From assembly GCA_963827235.1 (NCBI GenBank), contig CAWHAE010000012.1:1408001-1472000 (forward strand): a stretch of DNA of 64,000 nt, read 5' to 3'. The DNA is from an uncultured bacterium. GTDB lineage: Bacteria > Chloroflexota > UBA5177 > JANWHV01. This document shows, piece after piece, positions 9,330 through 19,141 of this stretch (position 1 is the stretch's first letter; every line of letters starts with the position of its first letter). Made by a program: the position numbers and the translations under genes. A model generated the notes under the pieces. The model saw only the letters and a list, made by a program, of their open reading frames with translations, was not told the origin of the DNA and made no database searches.

Positions 9330-10496
9330 TCAGTAGGCGGGCGTCAGACTCGCCGGCGTGGCAGGCGTCCGCACAAATACGGCGAGATGGAGTGCAAAGG
9401 CACCCAGGGCGAAAAGCGACAGCATCAGGAAGCCAATTGTATAGCTGCCGGTAGCCTGTTTCAAGATCCCGAGCACGACCGGCGGGAAGAAGCCGCCGAG
9501 CCCGCCGATCGCGCCCACCAGGCCCGTTATGGTGCCGACCTCCGTCGGGAAATGCTCGGGCACCAGCCGGAACACGGCACCGCTTCCCAGTCCGAGCACG
9601 GCAGCCACGCCGAGCGCGCCGGCCGCGAAGACCACGATGTTGGCCGACATGAGCAGCAGGGCAAGAGCAGCTACCAGGGGGAAGACGGCGCTCAGCACGC
9701 GTGTGCCGCCCACGCGGTCGGCCAGCCAGCCGCCGACCGGGCGCATGAGCACCGCCGCGACCACGAACCCGGCCGTTCGCAAGCCGGCATCGTCGGCCGT
9801 GAGGGCGAAGCGGTTCTTGAGCAAGGTGGGAAGGTAGACGCCCATGGCCACGAACGCGCCGAAGGTGATGAAGTAGAAGAAGGCGAGCACCCAGGAGAGG
9901 TGCTCCCGGGCCAGCAGGTGGAGGCTATGACTGAGCGGCACCGCTTGCCCCGGGCGAGCGTCGTGCGCCAGAGTCCAGTAGACGCCCGCCCAGACGAGGC
10001 TGGTCAGACCGAAGATCCAGAACACGGCCTCCCAGGGCATTACCCTGGCCAGGCGCGGCCCAAAGAAGACGGCGATCGATTGGCCGCCCGTGCCGAGGCC
10101 GTAGAGTCCCAGCGCCACTCCTTGCTTCTCCGCCGAAAACCACTTGGTGGTGAAGCTCACGCCCACGACGAAGCTGGAGCCCGACACACCCAGGAACAGG
10201 CCGCCCACCAGGAGCGCGGCGTAGGTGTGAACGAGCGCAATGCAGGCCGCCGGCAGGATGGCAAATGCCATCAGCAGGCTGAAGACGAGACGGCCGCCAT
10301 AGCGATCCGCGAGGATTCCCATCGGCAGGCGCAGCAACGCGCCGAGGATCACGGGAATGGCGACTGCCAGCGCGACCTGAAAGTCGCTCAAGTGGTAGAC
10401 ATCCTTGAAGCGCGGACCGAGGGCACCGACCAGGCCCCAAACCGAAAACGAGATCATGAACGCCAGGGTGGTGAGAAAGAGCTGTCGATCGCGCAT
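9330..10496 (-). CDS. narK: MFS nitrate/nitrite transporter
   Basis: LLRLPMGILADRYGGR, YFITFGAFVA, RPVGGWLADRVG, GAIGGLGGFFPP nitrate signature; first gene of the nar operon. Confidence 0.92.
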   Translation of the reverse strand: MRDRQLFLTTLAFMISFSVWGLVGALGPRFKDVYHLSDFQVALAVAIPVILGALLRLPMGILADRYGGRLVFSLLMAFAILPAACIALVHTYAALLVGGLFLGVSGSSFVVGVSFTTKWFSAEKQGVALGLYGLGTGGQSIAVFFGPRLARVMPWEAVFWIFGLTSLVWAGVYWTLAHDARPGQAVPLSHSLHLLAREHLSWVLAFFYFITFGAFVAMGVYLPTLLKNRFALTADDAGLRTAGFVVAAVLMRPVGGWLADRVGGTRVLSAVFPLVAALALLLMSANIVVFAAGALGVAAVLGLGSGAVFRLVPEHFPTEVGTITGLVGAIGGLGGFFPPVVLGILKQATGSYTIGFLMLSLFALGAFALHLAVFVRTPATPASLTPAY

Positions 10497-10608
10497 TCCC
10501 AGTGTTCCCTCCGGCTTTGCCCGCGACGAGCATGCCGTGCGGACGCCAATATGCTCGCTCAGTGATATGCTTGACCGGCAACGCGTCGTATCGCATCGCG
10601 GTACGAAT

Positions 10609-10651
10609 ACTATAGGCTCTCCCGATCGGGGTGCAAGTGACGTAAGTCACA
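10609..10651 (-). promoter_or_regulatory. Fnr/Crp-family box plus -10 element of the narK-narGHJI promoter
   Basis: Minus strand TGTGA-CTTACG-TCACT (10651-10636) is one base from TGTGA-N6-TCACA; -10 TATAGT at 10614-10609; the box centre falls at -41.5 from the predicted start near 10602. Confidence 0.75.
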
Positions 10652-10656
10652 CTGGG

Positions 10657-11322
10657 GTGTCTCGGGTGATCGAGGATCGGCGGCCGACCGCGGTCATTCT
10701 GGCCGGGGGCAGGTCGCGGCGCATGGGAAGCGACAAAGCCCTGCTCAGGCTGCCGGACGGCCGCACGGCGGTCGAGGCCGTCGCGGCGGCAGCACGTCCC
10801 GCGGCAAGCCGTCTGCTGCTCGCGGTGGATTCGCCGGCCCATGCCGATGCGCTCCGCGCGGCAATGCGTGAGCCGCTCGAGCTGCTTCTGGATCCGCTGC
10901 CCGGCGAAGGGCCGCTGATCACGCTGGCCGCGGCGCTGAGCCGGGCCGCCGGCCCGGCGGTCGTGCTGCTGGCGGTGGACATGCCTCTCGTGTCCTCGGC
11001 GCTGATCCGGGCCCTGCACGAGACCTGGATCGCGGAGGACGGCGCAGGCATGCACGTCGTGGCGCCGTTTGTCGACGGCATCGTGCAGCCCATGCCGGCC
11101 TGCTATGCCTCGGCGCTCAGCGGCACGGCGGACCGGCTGATTCGGGCCGGCGAGCGGTCGTTGCGCGCCCTTCTGCAAGCGCCGGCTGTCCGGCTGTGCA
11201 CGCTGGACGAGGCGGCGCTCAGGCGCGCCGATCCGGACCTGGCAAGCATGGCCAGGGCAGACACGCCCGAGGCATGGGAGCGGATCTGTGCCAGGGCAGG
11301 GCGCCGCAACACATCGCCGTGA
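10657..11322 (+). CDS. mobA: molybdenum cofactor guanylyltransferase
   Basis: AVILAGGRSRRMGSDKALL, DPLPGEGPL, LLAVDMPLV, QPMPACY, DTPEAW; divergent from narK. Start is GTG 10657 or 10666. Confidence 0.85.
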   Translation: MSRVIEDRRPTAVILAGGRSRRMGSDKALLRLPDGRTAVEAVAAAARPAASRLLLAVDSPAHADALRAAMREPLELLLDPLPGEGPLITLAAALSRAAGPAVVLLAVDMPLVSSALIRALHETWIAEDGAGMHVVAPFVDGIVQPMPACYASALSGTADRLIRAGERSLRALLQAPAVRLCTLDEAALRRADPDLASMARADTPEAWERICARAGRRNTSP

Positions 11323-11535
11323 TCGCCGGCATTGCCCACGGATACGCTCCTGCAGGAGAGCGATGTCTGGAGGCGAGTGTCGCCGAGGTCACGCAGGTCG
11401 TCACGCTCGATCGTTCATATCCGGGCGACGTCACCGGCAGGCTTCCCCGCGGGGCGCTCGCCGGGATTCACCTGGTTCTCTGCGACGAGGGTGCCATGGA
11501 TCTTGCAGAGGATCTTCTGCTGGTGCCGATCGCGT

Positions 11536-13665
11536 TCAGCGGGCGGCGCGCTCGTGCAGCCTGTCCGCCAGGTCGATCAGGCGATCGCGGTACTCGAGCT
11601 CGTCGAGCAAACGCCCCGGCAGACCTTCTTCACCGGCCAGCGCGCCGCCGAGCGTGCCGGTCATTGCCGCCAGTGTATCGGCGTTGGACGAAGCGGCGTT
11701 TGCCGCCAGCAAGAGGGCTGCCTCCAGGTCCCCGGCGTTGGCCAGGAAACAGTAGAACGCGCTCGGCACGCTCTCGAGCACGGGCTGGTCGCAGCACAGA
11801 GCGGGCAGCGCTTGAGCGGCGGGCCGGTCCAGCAGCGCCGGCAGATCCCCGATCCGGTCGTACAGCGTGACTGTATCGACGTCGGCGGCGCGGCGCGGCT
11901 CTACGCCGGCGATAGCGGCCTGTACCGCCTGCACGAAGCCCTGCACGGTCCAGTGCCCCGGTTCCTGCGCCACCAGCCAGCCGGTCGCCGCCGCCATGGC
12001 TACCGACCCCGCCACGGCCAGCGGCAGACGATGCGTCGGCAGCGCGGCCAACATCGCCTCCGTGCGAAGCAGGCCGGAGTTGTAGTAGCGGAGCAGTCCG
12101 ATCGGCGCCGCTCGCGCGGCCGCCCCGCTGCCGGCGCTCTCATCGCCTGCCAGGTACCAGGGCACACCCTCTCGCAGCCGCAACATCGCCGATTCGGTAG
12201 CCGTGCGCTTGCCGCGTCCGATCGGCAGCCAGTCGACCAAGCGGCGCGCCAGATCCTCGGGATCCAGTCTGCCGGTGCCGAGCAGGCTCTCGGCAACCAG
12301 CATGGTGAGCTGAGTTTCGTCGGTGACCGTGCCGTTGGGTCCGCTCATGTAGCCGCGCCAGGGAGCGTACTCGGCAATCGGCCAGGGCGGGACGTATTGT
12401 GGTCTCGCGTTGCGCTTCGCAGAGCGCCCAAGCGCGTCGCCGATCGCACCGCCCACCAGCGCGGCGCGAAAGCGGCCGCGACGCAGAGCATGACCCATCA
12501 GACGCGACGGCATGTGATCGATCGGCATGGTCAGATCGGCGACGGCCGCGCCGCCATCCGATGGAACGGTCTCACCGGCGCTGCGCGACTGGTCAGCTGC
12601 CGCCGCTGCCTGCCGCTTTGCGCGGCCGCCTGCCCCCTCCCTGACGAGCTGCTCGCCCAGCGGCATCGTCTGCCCGGGCCAATAGATCTCGGGACGCGGA
12701 TGGCGCACGCCGGGAGCTTCCCGTGCGGGCCGGCAGTTGAGCACCGTCGAGCGCCAGTGCTCGGGAATGGCGGCGTAGCCATGCACGGCGCCCAGCAGTG
12801 CCCCGGCAACGGCCACGTTTGTGTCGGTGTCGCCGCCGCCACGCACCGTATCGACCAGCCCTTCCTCGAAGGAAGGTGCGTGAACGGCCTGGTAAAAGGC
12901 ATTCTGCAGCGCGATCAGCACGTGACCCTCGTTCGTCTCGAACGAGGGAAGCCGCGATGTGGCGGCTTCCAGGGCAGCCGTTACCGAGGGGCTGCCGCCA
13001 TGCTGCCGATTCCAGGCATAGGCCTTCTCGTACGTCGCCCGGCCGCCCAGTCCGCCCCGAACCGCTGCCGCGATGGCGACCACAAAGGCGGCCGAGGCAT
13101 CCTGGCATACCTGGTTCGGGTGCGTGAGCGCGGTATCCATGGCCACGATCGCAGCAAGATCCTCGGTCGCCAGCTGCCATCCCCAAAGGGCCAGTGGACC
13201 CTGCCGCATGAGCGCGCCGTTCGCCTGGCTCGATCTGCTGGCTGCTGCCTTGCCGGCCTCGGCCAGCGATGCGCTGCCGTTCAGCCGTGTGGTGCGCATG
13301 GCCGCCAGCGAGCGCCGGATGGTGGTGCCCACGTCGAACGGATTGCTCATCAGCCAATCGACATATGCCCCGGCCACTGCCTCCTGCTCGTAGCCGCCGC
13401 GGTCCACGAGCGCGTAGGCCAGGGCCAGAGCCAGCTCGTCGGTCGGCTGTCCCGCGATCGTGCCATGGACGACGCTTGGTCCCAGCACGCGGAGACCGCC
13501 GGGATAGAAAGCGCGGATTTCCACGCTGGAGACAAACTTGACCATGCTGCCGAGGGCGTTCCCCACGAACTGGCCGAGCAGGCAGCCCCGGGCGCGTTCG
13601 ACGACTTCGTCCGGCGCCAAGCCGGTGCCGCCGTCGTCTTCGGCCGGCGAGCGGTCAACGTCCAT
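11536..13665 (-). CDS. protein with two tandem ADP-ribosylglycohydrolase (ARH/DraG-family) domains
   Basis: Domain 1: GCLLGQFVGNALG, GQPTDE, QANGALMR, GGDTDTN. Domain 2: GGAIGDALG, TDETQLT, ADTLAAMTG. ATG 13665 is preceded by GAGGTGA. Confidence 0.85.
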   Translation of the reverse strand: MDVDRSPAEDDGGTGLAPDEVVERARGCLLGQFVGNALGSMVKFVSSVEIRAFYPGGLRVLGPSVVHGTIAGQPTDELALALAYALVDRGGYEQEAVAGAYVDWLMSNPFDVGTTIRRSLAAMRTTRLNGSASLAEAGKAAASRSSQANGALMRQGPLALWGWQLATEDLAAIVAMDTALTHPNQVCQDASAAFVVAIAAAVRGGLGGRATYEKAYAWNRQHGGSPSVTAALEAATSRLPSFETNEGHVLIALQNAFYQAVHAPSFEEGLVDTVRGGGDTDTNVAVAGALLGAVHGYAAIPEHWRSTVLNCRPAREAPGVRHPRPEIYWPGQTMPLGEQLVREGAGGRAKRQAAAAADQSRSAGETVPSDGGAAVADLTMPIDHMPSRLMGHALRRGRFRAALVGGAIGDALGRSAKRNARPQYVPPWPIAEYAPWRGYMSGPNGTVTDETQLTMLVAESLLGTGRLDPEDLARRLVDWLPIGRGKRTATESAMLRLREGVPWYLAGDESAGSGAAARAAPIGLLRYYNSGLLRTEAMLAALPTHRLPLAVAGSVAMAAATGWLVAQEPGHWTVQGFVQAVQAAIAGVEPRRAADVDTVTLYDRIGDLPALLDRPAAQALPALCCDQPVLESVPSAFYCFLANAGDLEAALLLAANAASSNADTLAAMTGTLGGALAGEEGLPGRLLDELEYRDRLIDLADRLHERAAR

Positions 13666-13966
13666 AGTGGTATCACCTCTCATCCCGGAGGACTCGCGTC
13701 GAGGAGGGCCGGCACGCCTCACTACGGGCCGGGCCCAGCACGTTCACTCTCCAGGATAACGCGTCTACGGCCCGAACTCCGCGCCTGTGGGCAGAGTGGC
13801 AGCGTAGTTTGCTTCCTTCAAGATAGGGGGTGGCGGCTCGGAAAGGCAGTTAGTAGCCGGTACCTGGGGCGGTCGGGCGCTGCACTGGCGTAGAATCTCG
13901 CGGCCGCCGAGGTGCTGGACATCATGTCGCGGCGGTGAAGCGGGAGGCCTGCCGGAGCGATGCGGC

Positions 13967-15016
13967 TCAGGATCCCGGTGACTTCGTGGGCGGAGCGCAC
14001 GAATCTCGCACGATGAGGTCGGTCTCCAGCGAGTAGTGACGCGGCTGGATCTCATCCTCCTCGGCCGTCAGGCGTGAGATGAGCCGTTCGGCAGCCTGCT
14101 TGCCCAGCGTGTAGACGGGCTGCTCCACCACGGTGATGCGGGGCCGCACCATGGACATCCAGTCCACGTCGTCGAAGCCGACCAGCGAGATCTCCGCCGG
14201 CATCTCCAGATCGCGCGCCTGGATGGCGAACAACGTGCCGGCCGTGATGATGCTGTCGGTGGCGAACACTGCCGTCGGGCGGATAGCGGCCGGCAAGTCG
14301 AGCAGCTGAGCCGTCCTGGACTGGGCGTTGGATCGGCTTCCGTCGCTGATCCGGATCCAGCGGTCCACGTCCGTGACGCCGACGTCGGCGAGAGCCTGGC
14401 GATAGCCCGCCAGGCGCTCCGCGCCGGTGGTCGTGGTCACCCCTCCCGTCAGCAGGCCGATTCGTCGATGCCCCAGCGTGGTGAGGTAGTTCACGGCGCG
14501 CCAGGAGGCGGCGAAATTGTTGACAAGCACCGTGTCGGCCGCCACGCCCGCGATCGGCCGGTCGAGCAGGACTATGGGGATGTGCCGTTCCAGCAGGGGC
14601 ACGAGGTGCCCGCTCTCCGTGCTCGAGCACGGCACCACGATTATCCCGTCCACTCGCTTCTCGAACAGCACGCGCACCGCTTCTATCTCGCGCTCCACGT
14701 TCTCGTCGGTGTTGAGAAGGAGCACGTCGTAGCCCTGGGCGCGGGCGACGTCGGTCACGGCACGGGCGATGCGGGCGAAGAAGAAATTCTCGATGTCCGA
14801 CACCACGAGGCCCAGGGTGCGGGTGCTGCGCGTGACCATGCTGCGTGCCAGGGCATTGGTGCGATAGCCGAGCTCATCGGCGGCGGCCAGCACGCGATCT
14901 CGCGTGGCGGGGTTAATCCTGCCATACGAGCCCAGGGCCCTTGCAGCGGTTGCCTGGCCCACGTTGGCGTGGCGGGCGACGTCTTTCAGTGTGACCGATA
15001 CGTGCCTTCTCACCAA
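13967..15016 (-). CDS. LacI-family transcriptional regulator
   Basis: VTLKDVARHANVGQATAARAL HTH, YRTNALARSM hinge, sugar-binding domain with SLVGFDD; AGGAG upstream of the TTG start. Confidence 0.95.
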   Translation of the reverse strand: MVRRHVSVTLKDVARHANVGQATAARALGSYGRINPATRDRVLAAADELGYRTNALARSMVTRSTRTLGLVVSDIENFFFARIARAVTDVARAQGYDVLLLNTDENVEREIEAVRVLFEKRVDGIIVVPCSSTESGHLVPLLERHIPIVLLDRPIAGVAADTVLVNNFAASWRAVNYLTTLGHRRIGLLTGGVTTTTGAERLAGYRQALADVGVTDVDRWIRISDGSRSNAQSRTAQLLDLPAAIRPTAVFATDSIITAGTLFAIQARDLEMPAEISLVGFDDVDWMSMVRPRITVVEQPVYTLGKQAAERLISRLTAEEDEIQPRHYSLETDLIVRDSCAPPTKSPGS

Positions 15017-15148
15017 GCCTCAGTCTCCTTCGTGTGCCGGCAGGTCCCGAGCGCATGCTACCAACAGCGTAACCGCTACTGCCGATCGGGGAACACCGCC
15101 TGCCCGGCGTCGTGCTCGATCCGGTGGCGCGGCCCACCGCCATTGACC

Positions 15149-15248
15149 TTGACAAGGGCCATCTCCCCCACTATGATAGCGCTATCGCAACTTGCTTGAT
15201 CGCTATCGTAGAGGCAATACGTCTTCCAGGCCGTGATAGCGCTATCAC
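15149..15248 (+). promoter_or_regulatory. sigma70-type promoter with LacI-type operators (copy 1)
   Basis: TTGACA (15149)-N17-TATGAT (15172); palindrome GATAGCGCTATC 15175-15186 overlaps the -10; partial site GATCGCTATC at 15198; perfect 16-bp palindrome GTGATAGCGCTATCAC 15233-15248. Confidence 0.85.
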
Positions 15249-15319
15249 GCTGCTCGCAGGGGTTGCCGCCGGGTATGGCATGGGAGCGAGCAATTCCACC
15301 AGCTCGAGGTATTCATCTC

Positions 15320-15706
15320 GTGCCCGATACACCGGCCCCGTCGCCGCCGATCCAGGCAGACTACCTGGACGCACTGGGATTCGCGCTCTCGCGACGACCC
15401 CAGTTCGGGAACCGGACGGCCGGCTCGCGCAGGGCCAGCATCACCAACGCCTCACTCGCCGACCGCGGAGGCTCGCCGGGCGGCTTGCATCACGGTGAGC
15501 TCTTATACGGCCAGCGCGCTACGATGCTCACCATCCGCACCACGACCGGCGCCGCGATACCTGCTGGAATGCCGGGAGCGCTCGGCGGCGGGACGCTCGT
15601 TCAGGTCGCCTCGCGCGCGAGCACGGCCCCGGAGGCCTCCGGGGTAAGGAGAATCGCACGTTCCGCGTGCGCGTGCGTGCTCGTGCCCAGCCGCTTGCCG
15701 TGCTGA
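15320..15706 (+). pseudogene. degenerate duplicate of the frlB 5' region (~128 codons)
   Basis: VPDTPAPSPPIQADYLDALGFALSRRPQ...LVQVASRASTAPE...SRLPC aligns colinearly with FrlB MPETLATLPPIQADYLDTLKFTVSQRPQ...LVLVASHTGTTPE...TRLPE; the RBS GGGAGG has become GGTATT. Confidence 0.8.
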
Positions 15707-16941
15707 CCGCCGGATACGCTGCCAGACTGGGCAGGGGTGGTGCGGTTCCTCTTCTCCTGCTCTCGCAGATCTTCCTGAACATCGGCATCGGGACCTATGG
15801 CGTCCTGTACAACCTTTGCCTCACCGCGTTCGGTCAGCCGCTGGCCTTCATAGGCGTCTTCAATGCGGTCAGCCTTCTGTCGTTAGGGGCGAGTGCCATT
15901 CCCATCGGCGCCCTCACGCACCGTATCGGCCACCGGCGCATGCTGAGCACCGGAGCCGTGCTGCTGGTCGTGGTCCAGGTGGTGTTGGCCGTTACCACGG
16001 AGCCCGCCACGCTGATCGCAGCCAGCATGCTCTGGGGGATCGCCCAGGCACTGACCGTCGTGCCGGTGGCGCCGTTGCTCAGCGAGAGCGTCCCGGTGAT
16101 GCAACAGGCCAGCGTATTCGGCAGATTGTTTGCCGCCTGGTCCCTCGCCGCCGTGGTGGGCAGCATCCTGGGCGGCGCCCTGCCCGGCATGCTGGCCGCG
16201 TTGTTCCCGCTCGGGCAGGCAAGTGGAGCAGCAGCATATCGCAGCGCCTTGCTGGCCACCACACTCATCACCTTGTTGGGATGGCCCCTCTTGCTGGTGC
16301 CCACGCCCACGCGGAAGGAACAGAGCAGCCGGACCGAGGCGGACGAGCCGATGGGCTCCGGCTGGGCGCTACGCTCGGTCAGGCGTACCGCCGGTGCCGT
16401 GGCCGTGACGATGGCCCTCTACAGCTTCGCCTGCGGCCTGGTCGCTTCCTTCATGAACGTGTACTTCGCGGAGCACCTGCACCAATCCACGCTGGTCGTC
16501 GGCGTGCTCTTCGCGGTGGCCGCGCTGCTCGGCATGGTCGGCAGCCTGCTGGGACCCCGAGTGCGCCGGCGGTTGGGCAGCGTTCGAGCGGTGGCGGTCC
16601 TGAGGCTTGCCGTCGTGCCCTGCCTCCTGATCCTTACACTGGGGATGGTGTCCCCCTACGTGGCTATGCTCGGCTTCGCCTTGCGCTCGGCGCTGGTGTA
16701 CGCTGCCGGAGCGCTCGACTATCATTTCGCGCTGGCCGCCGTTCCGGCCCGGAGCCGGTCGTTGCTGTCCGGCCTGCGCACCGGTACGCTCAACGTCTTC
16801 TTTGCCCTGGGTACGTGGAGTGCCGGCTATCTCATCCCGCAAATGGGGTACCCGGCCCTGTTTCTGTGGAGCGCCGCCGTCACTGCGGTGAGCGGCCTGC
16901 TGTTTCTCGGCCTGTTTGGTGCGCCCCGAGCGGCTCGCTAA
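15700..16941 (+). CDS. MFS transporter
   Basis: About 12 hydrophobic segments; motif-A-like GALTHRIGHRRML and GPRVRRRLGSVR. Start is uncertain (GTG 15667 or 15700). Confidence 0.8.
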   Translation: MLTAGYAARLGRGGAVPLLLLSQIFLNIGIGTYGVLYNLCLTAFGQPLAFIGVFNAVSLLSLGASAIPIGALTHRIGHRRMLSTGAVLLVVVQVVLAVTTEPATLIAASMLWGIAQALTVVPVAPLLSESVPVMQQASVFGRLFAAWSLAAVVGSILGGALPGMLAALFPLGQASGAAAYRSALLATTLITLLGWPLLLVPTPTRKEQSSRTEADEPMGSGWALRSVRRTAGAVAVTMALYSFACGLVASFMNVYFAEHLHQSTLVVGVLFAVAALLGMVGSLLGPRVRRRLGSVRAVAVLRLAVVPCLLILTLGMVSPYVAMLGFALRSALVYAAGALDYHFALAAVPARSRSLLSGLRTGTLNVFFALGTWSAGYLIPQMGYPALFLWSAAVTAVSGLLFLGLFGAPRAAR

Positions 16942-17016
16942 TCGCGGCGGCTGACTACCGGGCTCGCTCCGGCGGCCGGAGCCGGCGTGCGATACGGGCG
17001 CACGCCGTCGAAGGCC

Positions 17017-17116
17017 TTGACATGGGATGTCTCACTCGCTATGATAGCGCTATCGCAGCTTGTGAGATCGCTATCATCGGGCCCAAGACTGCGTTTCACG
17101 CTGTGATAGCGCTACC
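17017..17116 (+). promoter_or_regulatory. sigma70-type promoter with LacI-type operators (copy 2, frl operon)
   Basis: TTGACA (17017)-N17-TATGAT (17040); GATAGCGCTATC 17043-17054; GATCGCTATC near 17066; GTGATAGCGCTACC 17103-17116. Confidence 0.88.
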
Positions 17117-17200
17117 AATACTACTTCGCCGGGTTGCGTCTGGTTCCGCTACTGCAGTGCCGGAAACAGACGGCTCGCGCTAGCTCGAGGGAGGCATCTC

Positions 17201-18232
17201 GTGCCAGAAACACTCGCCACTCTGCCGCCAATCCAGGCGGACTACCTGGACACGCTCAAGTTCACAGTCTCGCAACGACCCCAGATCGAGGAGCTGACGG
17301 CCGCCGCGCTCAAGACCGGCATCACCAACGTTTACCTGGTCGGCGCCGGCGGCTCGCTGGCCGTCATGTATCCCATCCAGTTCCTCTTCGAGCAGCACGC
17401 CACGAAGTTCGCTGTCTCGATGATGACCAGTGCCGAGCTGCTGGCGCGCAAACCGGCGGCTCTGGGTGCCAAGTCGCTCGTTCTGGTCGCCTCGCATACG
17501 GGCACCACGCCGGAGACCGTCGAAGCCGCGCACTTCGCCCGCTCGAGGGGCGCGCGCGTCGTCGCGTTCACCCGCCTGCCGGAGAGCGCGCTGGCAAAAG
17601 CCGGGGATCTGGCCCTCACCTACGGCAGCGACAACACCGTCACCGAGGCAAAGGGTGTACTGCTCTATCAGCTCGGCCTTTCCCTGCTCGACCGCTTCGG
17701 CGAGTGGAGCGACTATGCCGGCGCCATGGCCGCGGTCGACCACCTGCCCAACGCGCTGCTCGAGGCAAAGCGCCAGAGCGAGACGAAGAACGCGGCCACC
17801 GCTGCCTGGCTCAAGGACGAGCCGATCATCTATACGCTCAGCTCCGGCCCGAACTACGGTGCCGGCTACGGCTTTGCCATGTGCTATTTGCAGGAAATGC
17901 AGTGGATGCACGCCTCGGCGGTCCACGCGGCCGAGCTCTTCCACGGCGCTTTCGAGGTGGTGGTGGAGGGCACGCCGCTGATCCTGCTCATGGGCGAAGA
18001 TCCTTCCCGGTTTGAATGCGAACGAGCGCAGCGCTTCATCGAGAAGTATTCAAAGAAGGTGGTGATTATCGACACAAAGCAGTTGGATCTTCCCGGTATA
18101 CCTTCGGAATACCGTGGCCTGGCCAGCCCGCTCGTGCTCTCGGCCATTACCTCCCGCCTGGCGGCCCATTTCGCTGCCGTCCGCAACCATCCGCTGGAGA
18201 CCCGGCGCTACATGTTCAAGGTGGAGTACTAG
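17201..18232 (+). CDS. frlB: fructosamine-6-phosphate deglycase (SIS domain)
   Basis: VGAGGS, ASHTGTTPET, CYLQEMQWMHA, ELFHGAFEV, and the FrlB-type C-terminus HPLETRRYMFKVEY; RBS GGGAGG. Confidence 0.9.
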   Translation: MPETLATLPPIQADYLDTLKFTVSQRPQIEELTAAALKTGITNVYLVGAGGSLAVMYPIQFLFEQHATKFAVSMMTSAELLARKPAALGAKSLVLVASHTGTTPETVEAAHFARSRGARVVAFTRLPESALAKAGDLALTYGSDNTVTEAKGVLLYQLGLSLLDRFGEWSDYAGAMAAVDHLPNALLEAKRQSETKNAATAAWLKDEPIIYTLSSGPNYGAGYGFAMCYLQEMQWMHASAVHAAELFHGAFEVVVEGTPLILLMGEDPSRFECERAQRFIEKYSKKVVIIDTKQLDLPGIPSEYRGLASPLVLSAITSRLAAHFAAVRNHPLETRRYMFKVEY

Positions 18233-18237
18233 AAGCC

Positions 18238-19068
18238 ATGCGTATCGTGGGCATCGGCGACAACGTCGTCGATCGCTACCTGGCCATGGGGCAAATGTTC
18301 CCGGGCGGGAATGCGCTCAACGTCGCCGTCTTCGCACGGCGAGCGGGCGCTGACGCCGCCTACATCGGCGCCCTTGGCACCGATCGGGCCGGCCGGCAGG
18401 TGTTGCGCGCTCTCCAGGACGAGGGCGTCGACGTGTCGAGGGTGCGCACGGTGACCGGGTCCAATGCTTACGCCGACGTCGACCTGGTCGACGGCGACCG
18501 CAAGTTCGTCGGGTCCTCCCTTGGCGTCTCCATGTTCACTCCGGATGACGGAGATGTGGCCATGGCCCGGGCGGCCGACCTGGTCCACTCCAGTACCTAC
18601 AGCGGACTGGACACCTGGGTGCAGGCCCAACGGGGCGATCTGGCTATCAGCTTCGACTTCTCGGACCGGACGGAAAGGTCCTACGTCGAGGTCATGGCGC
18701 CCGGCCTGGCAAGCGCGCAGTTCTCCGGCTCGGCCTTCAGCGACCAGGAAGCGGAGGATCTGGCTCGCTGGGTCGCCTCAATCGGCACGCGCCTGGTGCT
18801 GGTCACGCGAGGTGCCAGAAGCGCCATCGCGTGCATGGGCGATCGCTGCTGGTCGCAGCAGCCGCGTCCGATAGTGCCCGTGGATACGCTGGGAGCGGGC
18901 GACGCGTTTATCGGGGCATTACTGGTCGCACATCTGAACGGCGCCGAGGTTCCCGAAGCGATGGCACGGGCTGCCGACGCCGCCGCCGTGACGTGCGGCT
19001 ACTTCGGCGGCTTCGGCCACGGAGGACCGATCGAGGAGAGGACAGAGACCGCTCAGGCGGCCGTGTAG
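18238..19068 (+). CDS. frlD: fructosamine kinase, PfkB family
   Basis: MRIVGIGDNVVDRY, FPGGNALNVAV, ISFDFSD, VDTLGAGDAFIG; directly after frlB. Confidence 0.88.
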   Translation: MRIVGIGDNVVDRYLAMGQMFPGGNALNVAVFARRAGADAAYIGALGTDRAGRQVLRALQDEGVDVSRVRTVTGSNAYADVDLVDGDRKFVGSSLGVSMFTPDDGDVAMARAADLVHSSTYSGLDTWVQAQRGDLAISFDFSDRTERSYVEVMAPGLASAQFSGSAFSDQEAEDLARWVASIGTRLVLVTRGARSAIACMGDRCWSQQPRPIVPVDTLGAGDAFIGALLVAHLNGAEVPEAMARAADAAAVTCGYFGGFGHGGPIEERTETAQAAV

Positions 19069-19141
19069 CAACGACACTGACGCGGCCTGCCTCCTTTCCG
19101 GCGGCAGGCCGCTCGAGAAACCTCCCGTGATGAAGGGGCGA

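Noticed and set aside
11332-13893. 853-aa plus-strand ORF
   Set aside because: Antisense to the ADP-ribosylglycohydrolase gene; Arg/Gly-rich shadow composition.
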